From assembly GCA_965198695.1 (NCBI GenBank), contig CBDAPW010000002.1, positions 37,768-101,767 of the forward strand: DNA of 64,000 nucleotides, in the 5' to 3' direction. This DNA is from Solirubrobacteraceae bacterium (GTDB lineage Bacteria > Actinomycetota > Thermoleophilia > Solirubrobacterales > Solirubrobacteraceae). Shown piece after piece: positions 1 to 9,630 of the stretch (positions within the stretch are counted from its first letter, which is position 1; each line of letters starts with the position of its first letter). Under the pieces are notes generated by a model that worked only from the letters and a program-made list of their open reading frames with translations, was not told where the DNA came from and did no database searches. Made by a program: the position numbers and the translations under genes.

Positions 1-191
1 ACGCGCGGCTGTCGGCCGCGCTGCTCGCGGGGCATCTGTCGCGCGTCGCCTTCGAGGTCGCCGAGATCCTCGAGCCCGGCCGCGACCTGGTCAAGCTGCG
101 CGAGGTGCTCGCCGACGCGGGTGCCGAGGCCCCCGCGCGGGCCGACGACGCCGGCGCTGCGGGCGACACGCCGGTCCCCGACGCGGCCTGA
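1..191 (+). CDS. 3' end of a CDS truncated by the window edge (unknown product)
   Basis: Open frame from nt 3 (ARLSAALLAGHLSRVAFEVAEILEPG...DAA) to TGA 189-191, with GC-rich codon usage, 3 nt before the next gene. Confidence 0.55.
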   Translation, partial: ARLSAALLAGHLSRVAFEVAEILEPGRDLVKLREVLADAGAEAPARADDAGAAGDTPVPDAA

Positions 192-194
192 GCC

Positions 195-965
195 GTGGGT
201 CGCCTGGACGGCAAGGTCGCGCTGATCAGCGGCACCGCCGGCGGGATGGGGCGCGCCGCCGCCCGGGTGTTCGCCGCCGAAGGCGCGACCGTGGTCGGTT
301 GTGACATGGACTCAGAGCGCGAGGCCGAGACCGTCGCGCTGGTGGAGGCCGACGGGGGAGTCATGCATTCACGCGCCCCGGTCGACCTCACCGACCCCGA
401 TCAGGTGACCGCCTGGGTGAACGGCGCGGCGGAGGAGCTCGGCGGCATCGACGTCCTCTACAACAACGCCTCGGTGGCCCGGGTGGGTCCCTGGGACGAG
501 GTGACCTATGCGTCCTGGCGCCATGCCATCACCTACGAGCTGGACATCGTCTTCCTCTCCACCCAGGCGGCGTGGCCCCACCTCGTCGCCCGCGGGGGTG
601 GATGCATCATCAACGTGGGCTCGGTGGCCGCCAGCCGCGGCGCCGGCTTCGTCCACCAGCACGCCCACGGAGCGGCCAAGGGTGGGGTGGTCGCCTTCAC
701 CAAGCACCTCGTGGTCTCCGGGGCGCCCCACGGGATCCGGGCGTTGAGCATCTCCCCGGGGATGATCCGCACGCCGGCCACCTCGGCGCTCATCGACGAC
801 CCCGACAGCCCGCTGCACGCCCACATCCTTCAGACCCCCTCGCGGCGGGTCGGTGAGCCCGAGGAGGTGGCCCGGCTGGCAGCGTTCCTCGCCTCGGACG
901 AGGCCACCTACATCAACGGTGCCGACATCGCCATCGACGGCGGGATCACCGCCGTCACCGGCTAG
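195..965 (+). CDS. SDR family oxidoreductase
   Basis: SGTAGGMG Rossmann motif, NNA, IINVGS, PGxxxT. The YxxxK motif appears as HGAAK. Confidence 0.93.
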   Translation: MGRLDGKVALISGTAGGMGRAAARVFAAEGATVVGCDMDSEREAETVALVEADGGVMHSRAPVDLTDPDQVTAWVNGAAEELGGIDVLYNNASVARVGPWDEVTYASWRHAITYELDIVFLSTQAAWPHLVARGGGCIINVGSVAASRGAGFVHQHAHGAAKGGVVAFTKHLVVSGAPHGIRALSISPGMIRTPATSALIDDPDSPLHAHILQTPSRRVGEPEEVARLAAFLASDEATYINGADIAIDGGITAVTG

Positions 966-975
966 CCCCACCGGC

Positions 976-1013
976 GGGTGACACCAGGGCCGCGCGCGGC
1001 TCAGGTGCCACCC
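976..1013. terminator. Hairpin between convergent SDR and MFS genes
   Basis: GGGTG-ACACC...GCCGCGCGCGGC...GGTGC-CACCC imperfect inverted repeat. Confidence 0.45.
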
Positions 1014-1024
1014 CCTCGGACGGT

Positions 1025-2746
1025 TCAGGCCGTCGGCTCGACGGTGAGGTCTCCGTGCACGGTGACGGCGCCGGATTCCACGCGCGCCAGCTCATCGGCA
1101 TCGTGATCCGCGTCGGCGCGCAGCACTCCGAGGACGAGCACGGCGGCCACCGCGGCGCACACGGCGCAGATCCCGAACACGAACTGGTAGGAGCTGCCGA
1201 GCGCGTTGAAGGCGGTGTCGTGCAGCGGGTTGAGCGGCACCGTCTTGTTGCCCGCCTGCACCGTGGCCGGGACGGCCACCGCTCCCAGCGGCCCCGAATG
1301 CACGGCACCGACCGCCGCGGCGGTCTGGGCCTTGGCGGCGGCGGGCACGTGCGCCACCGAGTTGTAGAACGCGGTGAGACTCTTGCTCAGCGTCGGGTTG
1401 GTGGCGATCGCCTTGTTGATCGAATGTGCCGCGCGGGTCGTGCCAATCGCGATCACCACGGTCGGTCCCAGAGCGAAGCCGAAGTCGCGCAGCAGGCTCG
1501 TGGTCGCCGAGGCCATGCCGGCGAACTGGATCCGCACGGTGTTGACGGCCACCGCGGTCAGTGACGACACCGAGAAGGCGAAGCCGATCCCCACCACGAT
1601 GAGCGGCGGCAGGATGGCTCCGACGGAGTCGTGGTGGATCGAGACGGTGGCCGCCCAGGCCGCGCCGATGGCCTGCACCACCAACCCGCCGCCGAGCAGC
1701 CAGCGCGGATTGACCCGGGGGTTGAGCCAGGCGATGAGCGGCAGCAGGAACAGCGCGAAGCCCTGCAGGGCCACGAACCCCAGGGAGGCCTTCAGCGGCG
1801 AGAAGCCCTGGACGGCGGTGAGCCGGATGCTCGTGGCGCCCGCGCAGCCCAGGAACGCGAACATCCCCAGCACGGTCACCACCGAGTTGATGCTGAAGTT
1901 GCGACTGGCGAACACGCCAAGGCGCAGCAGGGGCTCGCGGGTGGCCAGCTCGAGGCGCACGAACGCCGCGAGGAACACGATGAACACGACGTAGCCGATG
2001 ATGCTCTGGATCCCCAGCCACCCCTTGGAGGACGCCTGGACCACCGCGAAGAGCAGGCCGAACAGGCCGATGGCGAAGGTGATCTGCCCGGGCCAGTCGA
2101 GGGTCCGTCCCTCCGGGGAGCGCGAGTCCTCGGACGCGAAGAAGGTGACGAGAAGACTGAGCACGCCGACGGCCATGACGCCCAGCAGCGCCCAGCGCCA
2201 GGACGCCATCGGGTCACTGCCCCAGTGCACCTTGGTCAGCAGCCCGGCGAGCACCGGGGCGATGAATCCGCCCGAGGACAGCGCCGCGGTGTAGATCGAG
2301 ATGCGCCGGCCGCGCGCACGGGCGGTGGTGGTCCGGGCGGCGATCATCGCCAGGGAGGTCGGGAACAGGGCGGCGCCGCCGATCCCGCCGATCGCGTTGC
2401 CGATCCAGATCACCGTCACCGCGTTATGGGTCCCGGCGTGGGGGGTCAACAGTGCGGCGATCAACTCGCCGATGACCACGAGCAGCGCGCCGCCGAGCAG
2501 CAGGCGCTTGCGCCCGAAGATGTCGCCGATCACCCCGAAGGTCAGCTCGAACAGGGTGAGCGGGATGACGATCGCGGCGGAGATCCAGTTCAGCTGCGAC
2601 GCCGTGGTGCCCAGGTCCTGCTGGAAGAGGCCGTTGAGCACCGCGGGGGTGGCAAAGGCGACCTGGCCCAGGCATGCCGCCAGGCAGGCGGCGACGAGCG
2701 TCCCCGTGCTCAGGTTGGAATCTCGGCCTTCAGCCGCAACCGACAT
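1025..2746 (-). CDS. MFS transporter, DHA2/EmrB-like (about 14 TM)
   Basis: GVIGDIFGRKR motif A and many hydrophobic helices. Start moved to ATG 2746 (MSVAAE) with an AGAGGAG RBS. Confidence 0.9.
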   Translation of the reverse strand: MSVAAEGRDSNLSTGTLVAACLAACLGQVAFATPAVLNGLFQQDLGTTASQLNWISAAIVIPLTLFELTFGVIGDIFGRKRLLLGGALLVVIGELIAALLTPHAGTHNAVTVIWIGNAIGGIGGAALFPTSLAMIAARTTTARARGRRISIYTAALSSGGFIAPVLAGLLTKVHWGSDPMASWRWALLGVMAVGVLSLLVTFFASEDSRSPEGRTLDWPGQITFAIGLFGLLFAVVQASSKGWLGIQSIIGYVVFIVFLAAFVRLELATREPLLRLGVFASRNFSINSVVTVLGMFAFLGCAGATSIRLTAVQGFSPLKASLGFVALQGFALFLLPLIAWLNPRVNPRWLLGGGLVVQAIGAAWAATVSIHHDSVGAILPPLIVVGIGFAFSVSSLTAVAVNTVRIQFAGMASATTSLLRDFGFALGPTVVIAIGTTRAAHSINKAIATNPTLSKSLTAFYNSVAHVPAAAKAQTAAAVGAVHSGPLGAVAVPATVQAGNKTVPLNPLHDTAFNALGSSYQFVFGICAVCAAVAAVLVLGVLRADADHDADELARVESGAVTVHGDLTVEPTA

Positions 2747-2804
2747 CGTGTCTCCTCTCTCGTGATGAACCCAGCTCGCGCCGGGAACTGCCCTCTCGCG
2801 GCGC

Positions 2805-2833
2805 AGCATGGCATACCGACGGATTGTTGACAA
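2805..2833 (-). promoter_or_regulatory. Putative sigma70-type promoter of the MFS gene
   Basis: Minus strand TTGTCA-N17-CATGCT, overlapped by a TGTTG-A-CAACA palindrome (2825-2835). Confidence 0.4.
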
Positions 2834-2880
2834 CATTGGCTACGAGAACCGGGACCCCCGAGCCTGCGGTGACATCGACC

Positions 2881-3330
2881 TCAGCCAGACATCTCCGGGA
2901 ACGTCGTGTTGTAGGCGAAGCGCCAGGCGGGCTCGATGGTCAGTCGCTCGATGCGCCACACCCCGTCAATGCGGCGGAACGCGATGCGGTAGGCGCCCCC
3001 GCCCTGCCAGTAGGCGCTGGCGTCGGGGGCCGTGACGTGGGTGGCAATGAACGTGGCGCGGGCGTTGGCGGTGGCACCCTCGATCGCGATGTCGTAGTTG
3101 CTGGTGAGGTGATGGGTCGCGGCGTAGACGGACAGGTCGGCCTCGACGCGGACACGGATCGCGGCCGGCCCGTCCGCCTGTCCGCCGGGGTGGGCGAGCA
3201 CGCCGTCGTCGGTGAACAGCGCCGCATAATCGTCCCAGCGCCGCTCGTCCAGGTAGCGGGGGTAGCGCACCATCTGCGTGCGGATCGCCTCGGTTTCGAA
3301 CAGCACGCTGAGCCGTGGGTCATCGGTCAT
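2881..3330 (-). CDS. SnoaL/NTF2-like family protein
   Basis: RYPRYLDERRWDDYAALFTDDG...ATHHLTSN...YRIAFRRIDGVWRI. Start at ATG 3330. Confidence 0.85.
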   Translation of the reverse strand: MTDDPRLSVLFETEAIRTQMVRYPRYLDERRWDDYAALFTDDGVLAHPGGQADGPAAIRVRVEADLSVYAATHHLTSNYDIAIEGATANARATFIATHVTAPDASAYWQGGGAYRIAFRRIDGVWRIERLTIEPAWRFAYNTTFPEMSG

Positions 3331-3368
3331 GGTTGGTCCGTATGAAGTTGCACGCCACGATCGTCGCA

Positions 3369-3394
3369 GTCTATTTGACATCCGTCAAATAGAC
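3369..3394. promoter_or_regulatory. TetR-type operator (perfect 11-bp inverted repeat)
   Basis: GTCTATTTGAC-ATCC-GTCAAATAGAC between divergent snoaL and tetR. Confidence 0.8.
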
Positions 3395-3414
3395 AGGTGT
3401 GCCAGCCTGAACCG

Positions 3415-4050
3415 ATGGCCGAGGAGCGCACGACGTCGCGGCGGGTTCAACGCAACCGCCCCGCCCGTCGCGGGGATGACCGTGAGCTGGCGCTGCTCGC
3501 GACGGCCGAGCGGCTGCTCAGCGAGGGCACCTTCACCTCGACGCCCCTGGCCGAGATCGCCAGCTCAGCCGGTGTCTCGCGTCCGGGCTTCTACTTCTAC
3601 TTCGCCTCCAAGGAGGCGCTGCTCAGCACCCTCATCATGCGGACGCTGGACATGCTTGCGGCGGGACTCCCGTCGGTCGCGCTCAGCGCCGATGTCGACC
3701 CCGTGCCGGCGCTCCGCAAAGCGCTGCGGGGGGCGGCCGACCTCTGGCACGAGCATCGTGCGGTGCTCATCGCCGCGACCGAGCTCGGCAGTCACGAGCC
3801 CGCGGTGTTCGACCGACTCGTCGAAGCCCAGGCGGCGCTCGTCACGCCCACGTCATTCCTGCTGGCCCGCGGTTCACGGGTGGGTACTCAGCGCGACGCC
3901 CACAAGCTGGCCGAGATGTTCACCTGGATGGCCGAACGCAACTTCTATGTTCTCGCCCGTCAGGAGCCGACCCGCCGCCAGCTGCGCGCCCTGGCGGACC
4001 GCATGCTCGAGGTGTGGGTCGCGGCGGCCGGATTGGACGTCCAGGCCTAG
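3415..4050 (+). CDS. TetR family regulator, EthR-like
   Basis: GDDRELALLATAERLL...AGVSRPGFYFYFASKEALL closely matches the EthR N-terminal HTH. Confidence 0.92.
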   Translation: MAEERTTSRRVQRNRPARRGDDRELALLATAERLLSEGTFTSTPLAEIASSAGVSRPGFYFYFASKEALLSTLIMRTLDMLAAGLPSVALSADVDPVPALRKALRGAADLWHEHRAVLIAATELGSHEPAVFDRLVEAQAALVTPTSFLLARGSRVGTQRDAHKLAEMFTWMAERNFYVLARQEPTRRQLRALADRMLEVWVAAAGLDVQA

Positions 4051-4322
4051 TCAGCGCTGAGCTTCATCAGAGCGGTCCTCGGTGGGTTCCCCGCGACCGT
4101 GGCCGAGCCATCCCGGCCTCCCTGACCCAAGGGTGACGTTGACCGTTCGCTCGATGCGCTCAGATGGGCCTCGAGGCGGCTCGCGCCCGGTCTGGAGGAT
4201 CTGACCAGCTCGATGTATGGTGCTGGCTCAGTCCAGGGCATGCCACGGTGGGATCGCCATCGAATGACCCGCTCTGAACCCCGGCGGCTGTGACCCGGGC
4301 GCCGCCCCATGAGGAGGAGCCA

Positions 4323-5288
4323 GTGAAACTCGCACGCATCAGGTTCGGCACCGTAGCGCGGACCGCCATCGTCGAGGCGGACGTGGTCCGGATGTTGAGT
4401 GCTGGCGTGTCGATGCTCGACCTGCTGTGCGCGAGCCCGGAGGAGCGCGAGCGGCTCGCTGCGCAAACCGACAGTGAGCTGACGCTCGAGCAGGCGGAGT
4501 TTCTCGCCCCGGTGCAACCGCCGACCATCCGGGACTTCTCGGTGTTCGAACAGCACATCGAGGGAGTGATCAAGGACCGTGATCCCCAGGCAACGGTTCC
4601 GCCCATCTGGTACCAGTCGCCCTACTGCTACTTCACCAATCCCCATGCACTGACCGGCCCGGGTGACGAGATCGCCGTCCCGCCAGGGTGTGAGCGCCTG
4701 GACCTCGAGCTCGAGGTCGCTGCGGTCATCGGGACGGCCGGCTCGAACCTCTCGCCCGGAGAAGCCGAGGGTCACATCGCCGGATACACCATCTTCAATG
4801 ACTGGTCCGCGCGGGACCTCCAGATCACCGAGATGCAACTCGGCCTGGGAACCTGCAAGGGCAAGGACTTCGCCAATACCCTCGGTCCGTGGATTGTCAC
4901 AGCCGACGAGCTGGAGCCCTACCGCGACGGTGACCGCCTCGACCTCGAGCTCCGGGCCGAGATCAACGGCCGCTCCCTGGGCGTCGACACCCTGGCCAAC
5001 ATGGCCTGGAGCTTCCCCGAGCTCGTGTCATACGCATCCCGGGGCACGCGCGTGGTCCCGGGCGATGTACTCGGATCCGGGACCTGCGGCAATGGCTGCC
5101 TGTTCGAACTCTGGGGCCGCAACGGCGCCGACAGCATCGACCCGCTCGGCCCTGGCGACGTCGTCTCCCTGCACGTCGAGGGCATTGGCGTTCTGACCAA
5201 CACCGTGGTGCCCGGCGTCGCACTTCAGCCGCTGCCCTCGGCGCGCCTCGCCCGACGGGTGGCCAGGTCCGCCACCGCGCCGTCTTGA
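4323..5288 (+). CDS. Fumarylacetoacetate hydrolase family protein
   Basis: LDLELEVAAVIG, GYTIFNDWSARDLQ, KGKDF, GDVLGSGT. GTG 4323 preceded by GAGGAG. Confidence 0.92.
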   Translation: MKLARIRFGTVARTAIVEADVVRMLSAGVSMLDLLCASPEERERLAAQTDSELTLEQAEFLAPVQPPTIRDFSVFEQHIEGVIKDRDPQATVPPIWYQSPYCYFTNPHALTGPGDEIAVPPGCERLDLELEVAAVIGTAGSNLSPGEAEGHIAGYTIFNDWSARDLQITEMQLGLGTCKGKDFANTLGPWIVTADELEPYRDGDRLDLELRAEINGRSLGVDTLANMAWSFPELVSYASRGTRVVPGDVLGSGTCGNGCLFELWGRNGADSIDPLGPGDVVSLHVEGIGVLTNTVVPGVALQPLPSARLARRVARSATAPS

Positions 5289-5310
5289 CGGGCGGTTCTG
5301 CGGATCGGGG

Positions 5311-6255
5311 TTAGTGCGACGCCAACCAGATCGCCATGTCGGCGAACAGCTCAGGCGGCGTCCTGGCCGCCTGAGCCGGATCGAACTCGCGGTAGGCCGC
5401 CATCACGTTGACGACGACCCGCTCCGGGTCCCCCCAGTCGGAGAAGTCGCCGATGTCGATGTCCGCCGCGGCGTCCGCGGCGCTCATCCCGGCCTGGAAA
5501 CGCTGGCGGGATTCCTCCCGGATGAACGACAGGTAACGACGCACGTCTCGGACCCCGGAGGCGTCGGTCACCGGGCCGTGACCGGGCACGAGGATCCGCG
5601 CGTCCAGCTCGATGATGCGGTCACACGCAGCGATCCAGTTGCTCAGGCTCGCCCAGACAATCGGAGTCCCGTCGATGAACAGCAGGTCGCCGGTGAACAC
5701 GGTGCCGGAGTCCGGTACATGGACGATCGTATCTCCGCCGGTGTGGGCGGGCCCGAGCTCGAGGAAACGGACCGTGCGATCCCCGACGCTCAGGTCCAGA
5801 GCGCCGGTGAAGGTCTGGGTCGGCAACCGCACGGTGATTCCCTCGAAGTCAAAGGCCCCGAAGGCCCGGTCGATGAACGCGGCCATCTCGGGTGAGCGCC
5901 CGGGGGCGGTCTTGAGGGCCTGGAGCATCTCCGGGGACACCTCCGCCATCTCAGCCGCACTCGTCGCCGATGCGTAGATCGCCGACGTGTCAGGCAGCAG
6001 CTCATTGCCGAAGCAGTGGTCGGGATTCGCGTGGGTGTTGATCGCGGCATCGATCGGGTGGCCAGCGATGACGGGCGCCATGGCATCGAGCATCTCGCGT
6101 GTCAGTCTCAGGTCATACAGCGTGTCGACGAGCAGCGAGGTCCCGTCTGCGGTGATCAGCCCGGCGTTGCTCCAGCCCCATCCACCGCTCGGTTGCAGGT
6201 AGGCGAACAGCCCATCACCAAGTTCGTGCAGCCCCTTTTCATACGCGACTTTCAC
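5311..6255 (-). CDS. MBL-fold metallo-hydrolase (cyclase-like)
   Basis: SNAG, LVDT, THANPDH, AHTGGD, FTGDL, VPGHG. Confidence 0.9.
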   Translation of the reverse strand: MKVAYEKGLHELGDGLFAYLQPSGGWGWSNAGLITADGTSLLVDTLYDLRLTREMLDAMAPVIAGHPIDAAINTHANPDHCFGNELLPDTSAIYASATSAAEMAEVSPEMLQALKTAPGRSPEMAAFIDRAFGAFDFEGITVRLPTQTFTGALDLSVGDRTVRFLELGPAHTGGDTIVHVPDSGTVFTGDLLFIDGTPIVWASLSNWIAACDRIIELDARILVPGHGPVTDASGVRDVRRYLSFIREESRQRFQAGMSAADAAADIDIGDFSDWGDPERVVVNVMAAYREFDPAQAARTPPELFADMAIWLASH

Positions 6256-6422
6256 GATGTCCTCCCTGGACCGATCTGATCAATCGCCACGAACGTACCG
6301 CACGGTCACCGGATGAGTTGCATGGCCAGCCCCATGGAGGCCATGCCGAGGGACATCAGCACCATGGACGGGCTGATATCGAGGTCGCCCGGCAGTTCAT
6401 CCCGAGCAGCGCCAGCGCACCC

Positions 6423-7622
6423 TCAATCCTGCCGCAGTCCGCGCTGGATGAGCAGCGGCCGGATCCGCTCGGCGTAGTCGGCGATCCCGACCTCGTAGTC
6501 GGGGAAGGAGATGGCCATCCCGTCGAGGCCGGCGTCCGCCATCTCGGCAATGCCGTCCACGATGTGTTCGGGGGTGCCGAGCAGCGGAAAGGCGAGGTAG
6601 CCAGCGGCCGCCCGCTCAACCATGGTCTGACGGCGCATCTGATCGGCGATCGTCCGCGTGCTCGTCGAGAAGCCGAGGGTGGCATCCACCCACGCCGACG
6701 CCGTGGCCTGGTCGATCCGGTCTTTGGCGAAGTGGTCGAGCCGCCGCTGGGCCTCGGCCTGGGAATCGGCGCAGATCATGTAGCCGTGTCCAAACACCTT
6801 GACCTCCCGGCCCGCCTCGGCGGCGAGCCGGCGGTTCTCGCGGACCGAAGCCGGAACCGCGTCGAGCGAGGCGAACGCGCCGAAGTTGACCTCGGCGTTG
6901 CGCGCCGAGAACGCCTTGCCGCTCGGGCTGTTGCCCGCGCACATGATCACGGGCCAGGGCGTCTGCACGGGTTTGGGCTCCGAGACGATCGCGGTGCCGT
7001 GGTAGTAGCGGCCCTGATGGTCAAAGGGGGCATCCTCTGACCAGGCACGCCGGATGATCCACAGCCACTCCTCGATCGGCCCGTAGCGGTCGGCGTCGGG
7101 ATCCAGCTCGATGCCGAACATGGCGAAGTCCGCCGCCGAGAAGCCCGCCACCACGTTGAGTCCCAGGCGCCCGCCGCTGATGTGATCGATGGTCGCGGCC
7201 ATCTTGGCCGCCATCACCGGGGCATACAGCGGAACGTGGAAGGTCGCGAACACCTGGATCCGCTCGGTCAGCGCGGCGATCGCCGCCGCCCAGGTGAAGG
7301 AGTCGAACACCCGGTCAAACCGCGGATCCAGGGAGGGCACGTTGCGCCAGCGTGCCAGCGGAATGACCGCGTCGATACCGGCGCGGTCAGCCGCCTGGCA
7401 GATACGCACCGACTCGGGCCAGGTGACCTGCACCAGCGGGTCGCTGTCGAGGGATACGGTGGTGCCCCGCGCGGTGTTGGCACAGAACAGCGCGAGCTTG
7501 AAGCGATTGCGCGGGTTGAGGATCGGCGTGTCAGCCTGCGGAACGGTGTGATCGTGGATCGCCACGTCCCGCACCGGGGTGTCCGCGGCGGCCGGAATGC
7601 CGGTCGTCTCGAGCGAGCTCAT
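6423..7622 (-). CDS. LLM class flavin-dependent monooxygenase
   Basis: DSFTWAAAIAALT, AKMAATIDHISGGRLGLNVVAG, GTPEHIVDGI. Start ATG 7622 overlaps the upstream stop (ATGA). Confidence 0.9.
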   Translation of the reverse strand: MSSLETTGIPAAADTPVRDVAIHDHTVPQADTPILNPRNRFKLALFCANTARGTTVSLDSDPLVQVTWPESVRICQAADRAGIDAVIPLARWRNVPSLDPRFDRVFDSFTWAAAIAALTERIQVFATFHVPLYAPVMAAKMAATIDHISGGRLGLNVVAGFSAADFAMFGIELDPDADRYGPIEEWLWIIRRAWSEDAPFDHQGRYYHGTAIVSEPKPVQTPWPVIMCAGNSPSGKAFSARNAEVNFGAFASLDAVPASVRENRRLAAEAGREVKVFGHGYMICADSQAEAQRRLDHFAKDRIDQATASAWVDATLGFSTSTRTIADQMRRQTMVERAAAGYLAFPLLGTPEHIVDGIAEMADAGLDGMAISFPDYEVGIADYAERIRPLLIQRGLRQD

Positions 7623-8761
7623 CAGATCGCCTCCGCGGGAACGCGGGTGGGCTCGCGCAGGCCGGCCTGTTCCATCAACGGCAGGACCCGGTCGCGCACG
7701 CCGGCGAGTTCGGGAAGCCAGTCGGCACAGATGAGCAGACAGCCGTCCAGTCCGCTGTCGCTGAGCGCGAGCAGGCGATCGACGATCGTCTCCGGCGTAC
7801 CGACGAGCGCACAACCGCCGGCGCCGGCGATGAAGGACTGCCGGGCCGCCCGCCAGGATTGGGCGTCGAACGCGGCCGACTCCACGTTCATCAGGCTCAG
7901 GGCGTTGGTGGCGCCCTCCCAGTCGCCATGCTCGTCGGCGTACCAGCGCAGGTACTCCTCGGCCTCGGCCTGGGTGTCGCGACAGACGACGTAGCCGAGG
8001 CTCCAGGCCTCGATCGAGCGGTCATGCGCGGCCGCCATCGCCTTGATCTGGGCGATCTGGGCTGACGTCTCGTCTGGGTCGTCCCCCGTGATCCGCATGA
8101 AGGCCATATCCGCGTACCGCGCGGCGTATTCCCGGCCCCGTTGGGAGGTGCCGGCATTCATGATCGGCGGGTGCGGGGACTGCAGTGGCTGTGGGGAGGA
8201 CACTCCGGCGCGCACCGACAGCGTCTCACCGGAGAAGTTCACAGGCTCCTGGGCGGTCCACAGCTCGATGAGGATCTGGGTCCACTCCTCCGCCATCTCA
8301 TAGCGACGATCGTGTTCGAGCATGGGAGCGCCAAACATCTCCAGCTCGGGGCGAAACCAGCCGCCGACCGTGTTGATCCCCGCGCGCCCGCCGGAGATGT
8401 GGTCGATCGTGGTCAGCTGCTTGGCGGCCACGATGGGGTGGAGCGTCGGGAGGTGGCAGGTGCTGAAGACGTGGGCATGCTCGGTGACCGAGGCGATCCC
8501 CGCGGCCCAGGCGAAGGTGTCGAACATCGACCCCTGGGGGTTGTGCTCACCCCCGAAGCCGCGCCAGCGGGCGACCGAGACAATCGCCTCCAGGCCCATT
8601 GCGTCCGCCGCCCGGGCGACCTCGGCCTGGGCCGGCCAGGTGACCGGCAGCCGCTCGGGGATCAGGGTCAGGGTCGGACCGCCCTCGAGATTGGTGCCGA
8701 AGGTTCCCAGCTGCAGGCGGTTGGCACTCCCCAGCCGGCTCGGTAAGACACGGGCGCTCAC
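7622..8761 (-). CDS. LLM class flavin-dependent monooxygenase
   Basis: RWRGFGG, DTFAWAAGIA, AKQLTTIDHISGGRAGINTVGGW, VGTPETIVDRL. Confidence 0.92.
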   Translation of the reverse strand: MSARVLPSRLGSANRLQLGTFGTNLEGGPTLTLIPERLPVTWPAQAEVARAADAMGLEAIVSVARWRGFGGEHNPQGSMFDTFAWAAGIASVTEHAHVFSTCHLPTLHPIVAAKQLTTIDHISGGRAGINTVGGWFRPELEMFGAPMLEHDRRYEMAEEWTQILIELWTAQEPVNFSGETLSVRAGVSSPQPLQSPHPPIMNAGTSQRGREYAARYADMAFMRITGDDPDETSAQIAQIKAMAAAHDRSIEAWSLGYVVCRDTQAEAEEYLRWYADEHGDWEGATNALSLMNVESAAFDAQSWRAARQSFIAGAGGCALVGTPETIVDRLLALSDSGLDGCLLICADWLPELAGVRDRVLPLMEQAGLREPTRVPAEAI

Positions 8762-8783
8762 GGCGTACCCTCCTGATCACAGC

Positions 8784-8809
8784 AAAACAGAAAACAAGCT
8801 CTGTTTTCT
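8784..8809. promoter_or_regulatory. AT-rich inverted repeat, probable TetR operator
   Basis: AGAAAACA-AGCTC-TGTTTTCT (8789-8809) between the divergent LLM operon and tetR. Confidence 0.6.
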
Positions 8810-8843
8810 AAACTACCCATGCCGCCCATCACCGTCAACCCCC

Positions 8844-9554
8844 ATGCGATCGTTCCCGTCACACACCCCTACTGTCCGAGGTCCCTTGCCCCCGTCGCCG
8901 CCCCCCAGCTCACCCACCCCGGGCGTGCGGCCTCCTCAGCAGGCGCGGGCCCAGGAGACGTTCGACCGCGTACTGACCATCGGCGCCGAGCTCGTGGCGG
9001 AGAAGGGCTTCGCCGGCCTGTCGATCACCGAGATCTGCCAGCGGGCCGGGGTGTCGGCCGGTGCCCTGTATGCCCGCGTCGAGAGCAAGGAGGCGCTCGC
9101 TCTGGCCATCCACGACCGCGAGCTGGCGCGCATGGCGGTTGAGCACGTCGTCTTCGACCCCTCAGATCGCTGGGCGACGCTCCCGGCTGACCGGCTGATC
9201 CTCGAGTCGGTGCGGGAGCTGGGCGCCCACTACGCCCGCCATGCGCCGCTGCTGCGCGCCTTCATCCTGCGCTCGAGCGTCGACATGACCATGCACGAGC
9301 GGGGAACCGCCACGACCGAGGCGATCGCCCAACGGCTCTGCGCGCTGTGGCTCACCCGTGCCGCCGAGCTGCCCCATCCCGATCCCGCCGGCGCCGCCGG
9401 CGCCGCCTGGCGCATCGTGCACGCCTCCCTCAACTGGCGCGTGGCCTACGGACCGCGTCTGTCCTCCAGCACCGACGCGGGGTGGGGTCGGCACGTGGAG
9501 GACGTCGCCGCCGCCGCGCGGGCCTACCTGCGCACGCCGCCCCTCCTTGTTTGA
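8844..9554 (+). CDS. TetR family regulator
   Basis: PQQARAQETFDRVL...EICQRAGVSAGALYARVESKEAL. Start uncertain (8844 ATG or 8925 GTG). Confidence 0.88.
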   Translation: MRSFPSHTPTVRGPLPPSPPPSSPTPGVRPPQQARAQETFDRVLTIGAELVAEKGFAGLSITEICQRAGVSAGALYARVESKEALALAIHDRELARMAVEHVVFDPSDRWATLPADRLILESVRELGAHYARHAPLLRAFILRSSVDMTMHERGTATTEAIAQRLCALWLTRAAELPHPDPAGAAGAAWRIVHASLNWRVAYGPRLSSSTDAGWGRHVEDVAAAARAYLRTPPLLV

Positions 9555-9578
9555 CAGTTGTCAAATAGCACCTAGCAT
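9550..9578 (+). promoter_or_regulatory. Promoter (TTGACA-N16-TAGCAT) with overlapping TTTGAC-N4-GTCAAA operator
   Basis: TTTGACAGTTGTCAAATAG at 9550-9568 and TAGCAT at 9573-9578. Confidence 0.7.
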
Positions 9579-9630
9579 GTCGGTTGCGCCGCCACCCCGG
9601 GCGGCGGATCGAACCTGAGGAGACGACGCC

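Noticed and set aside
4051-4322. 270-bp gap possibly hiding an sRNA or gene remnant
   Set aside because: No convincing ORF, terminator or homology recognisable by eye. Left unannotated
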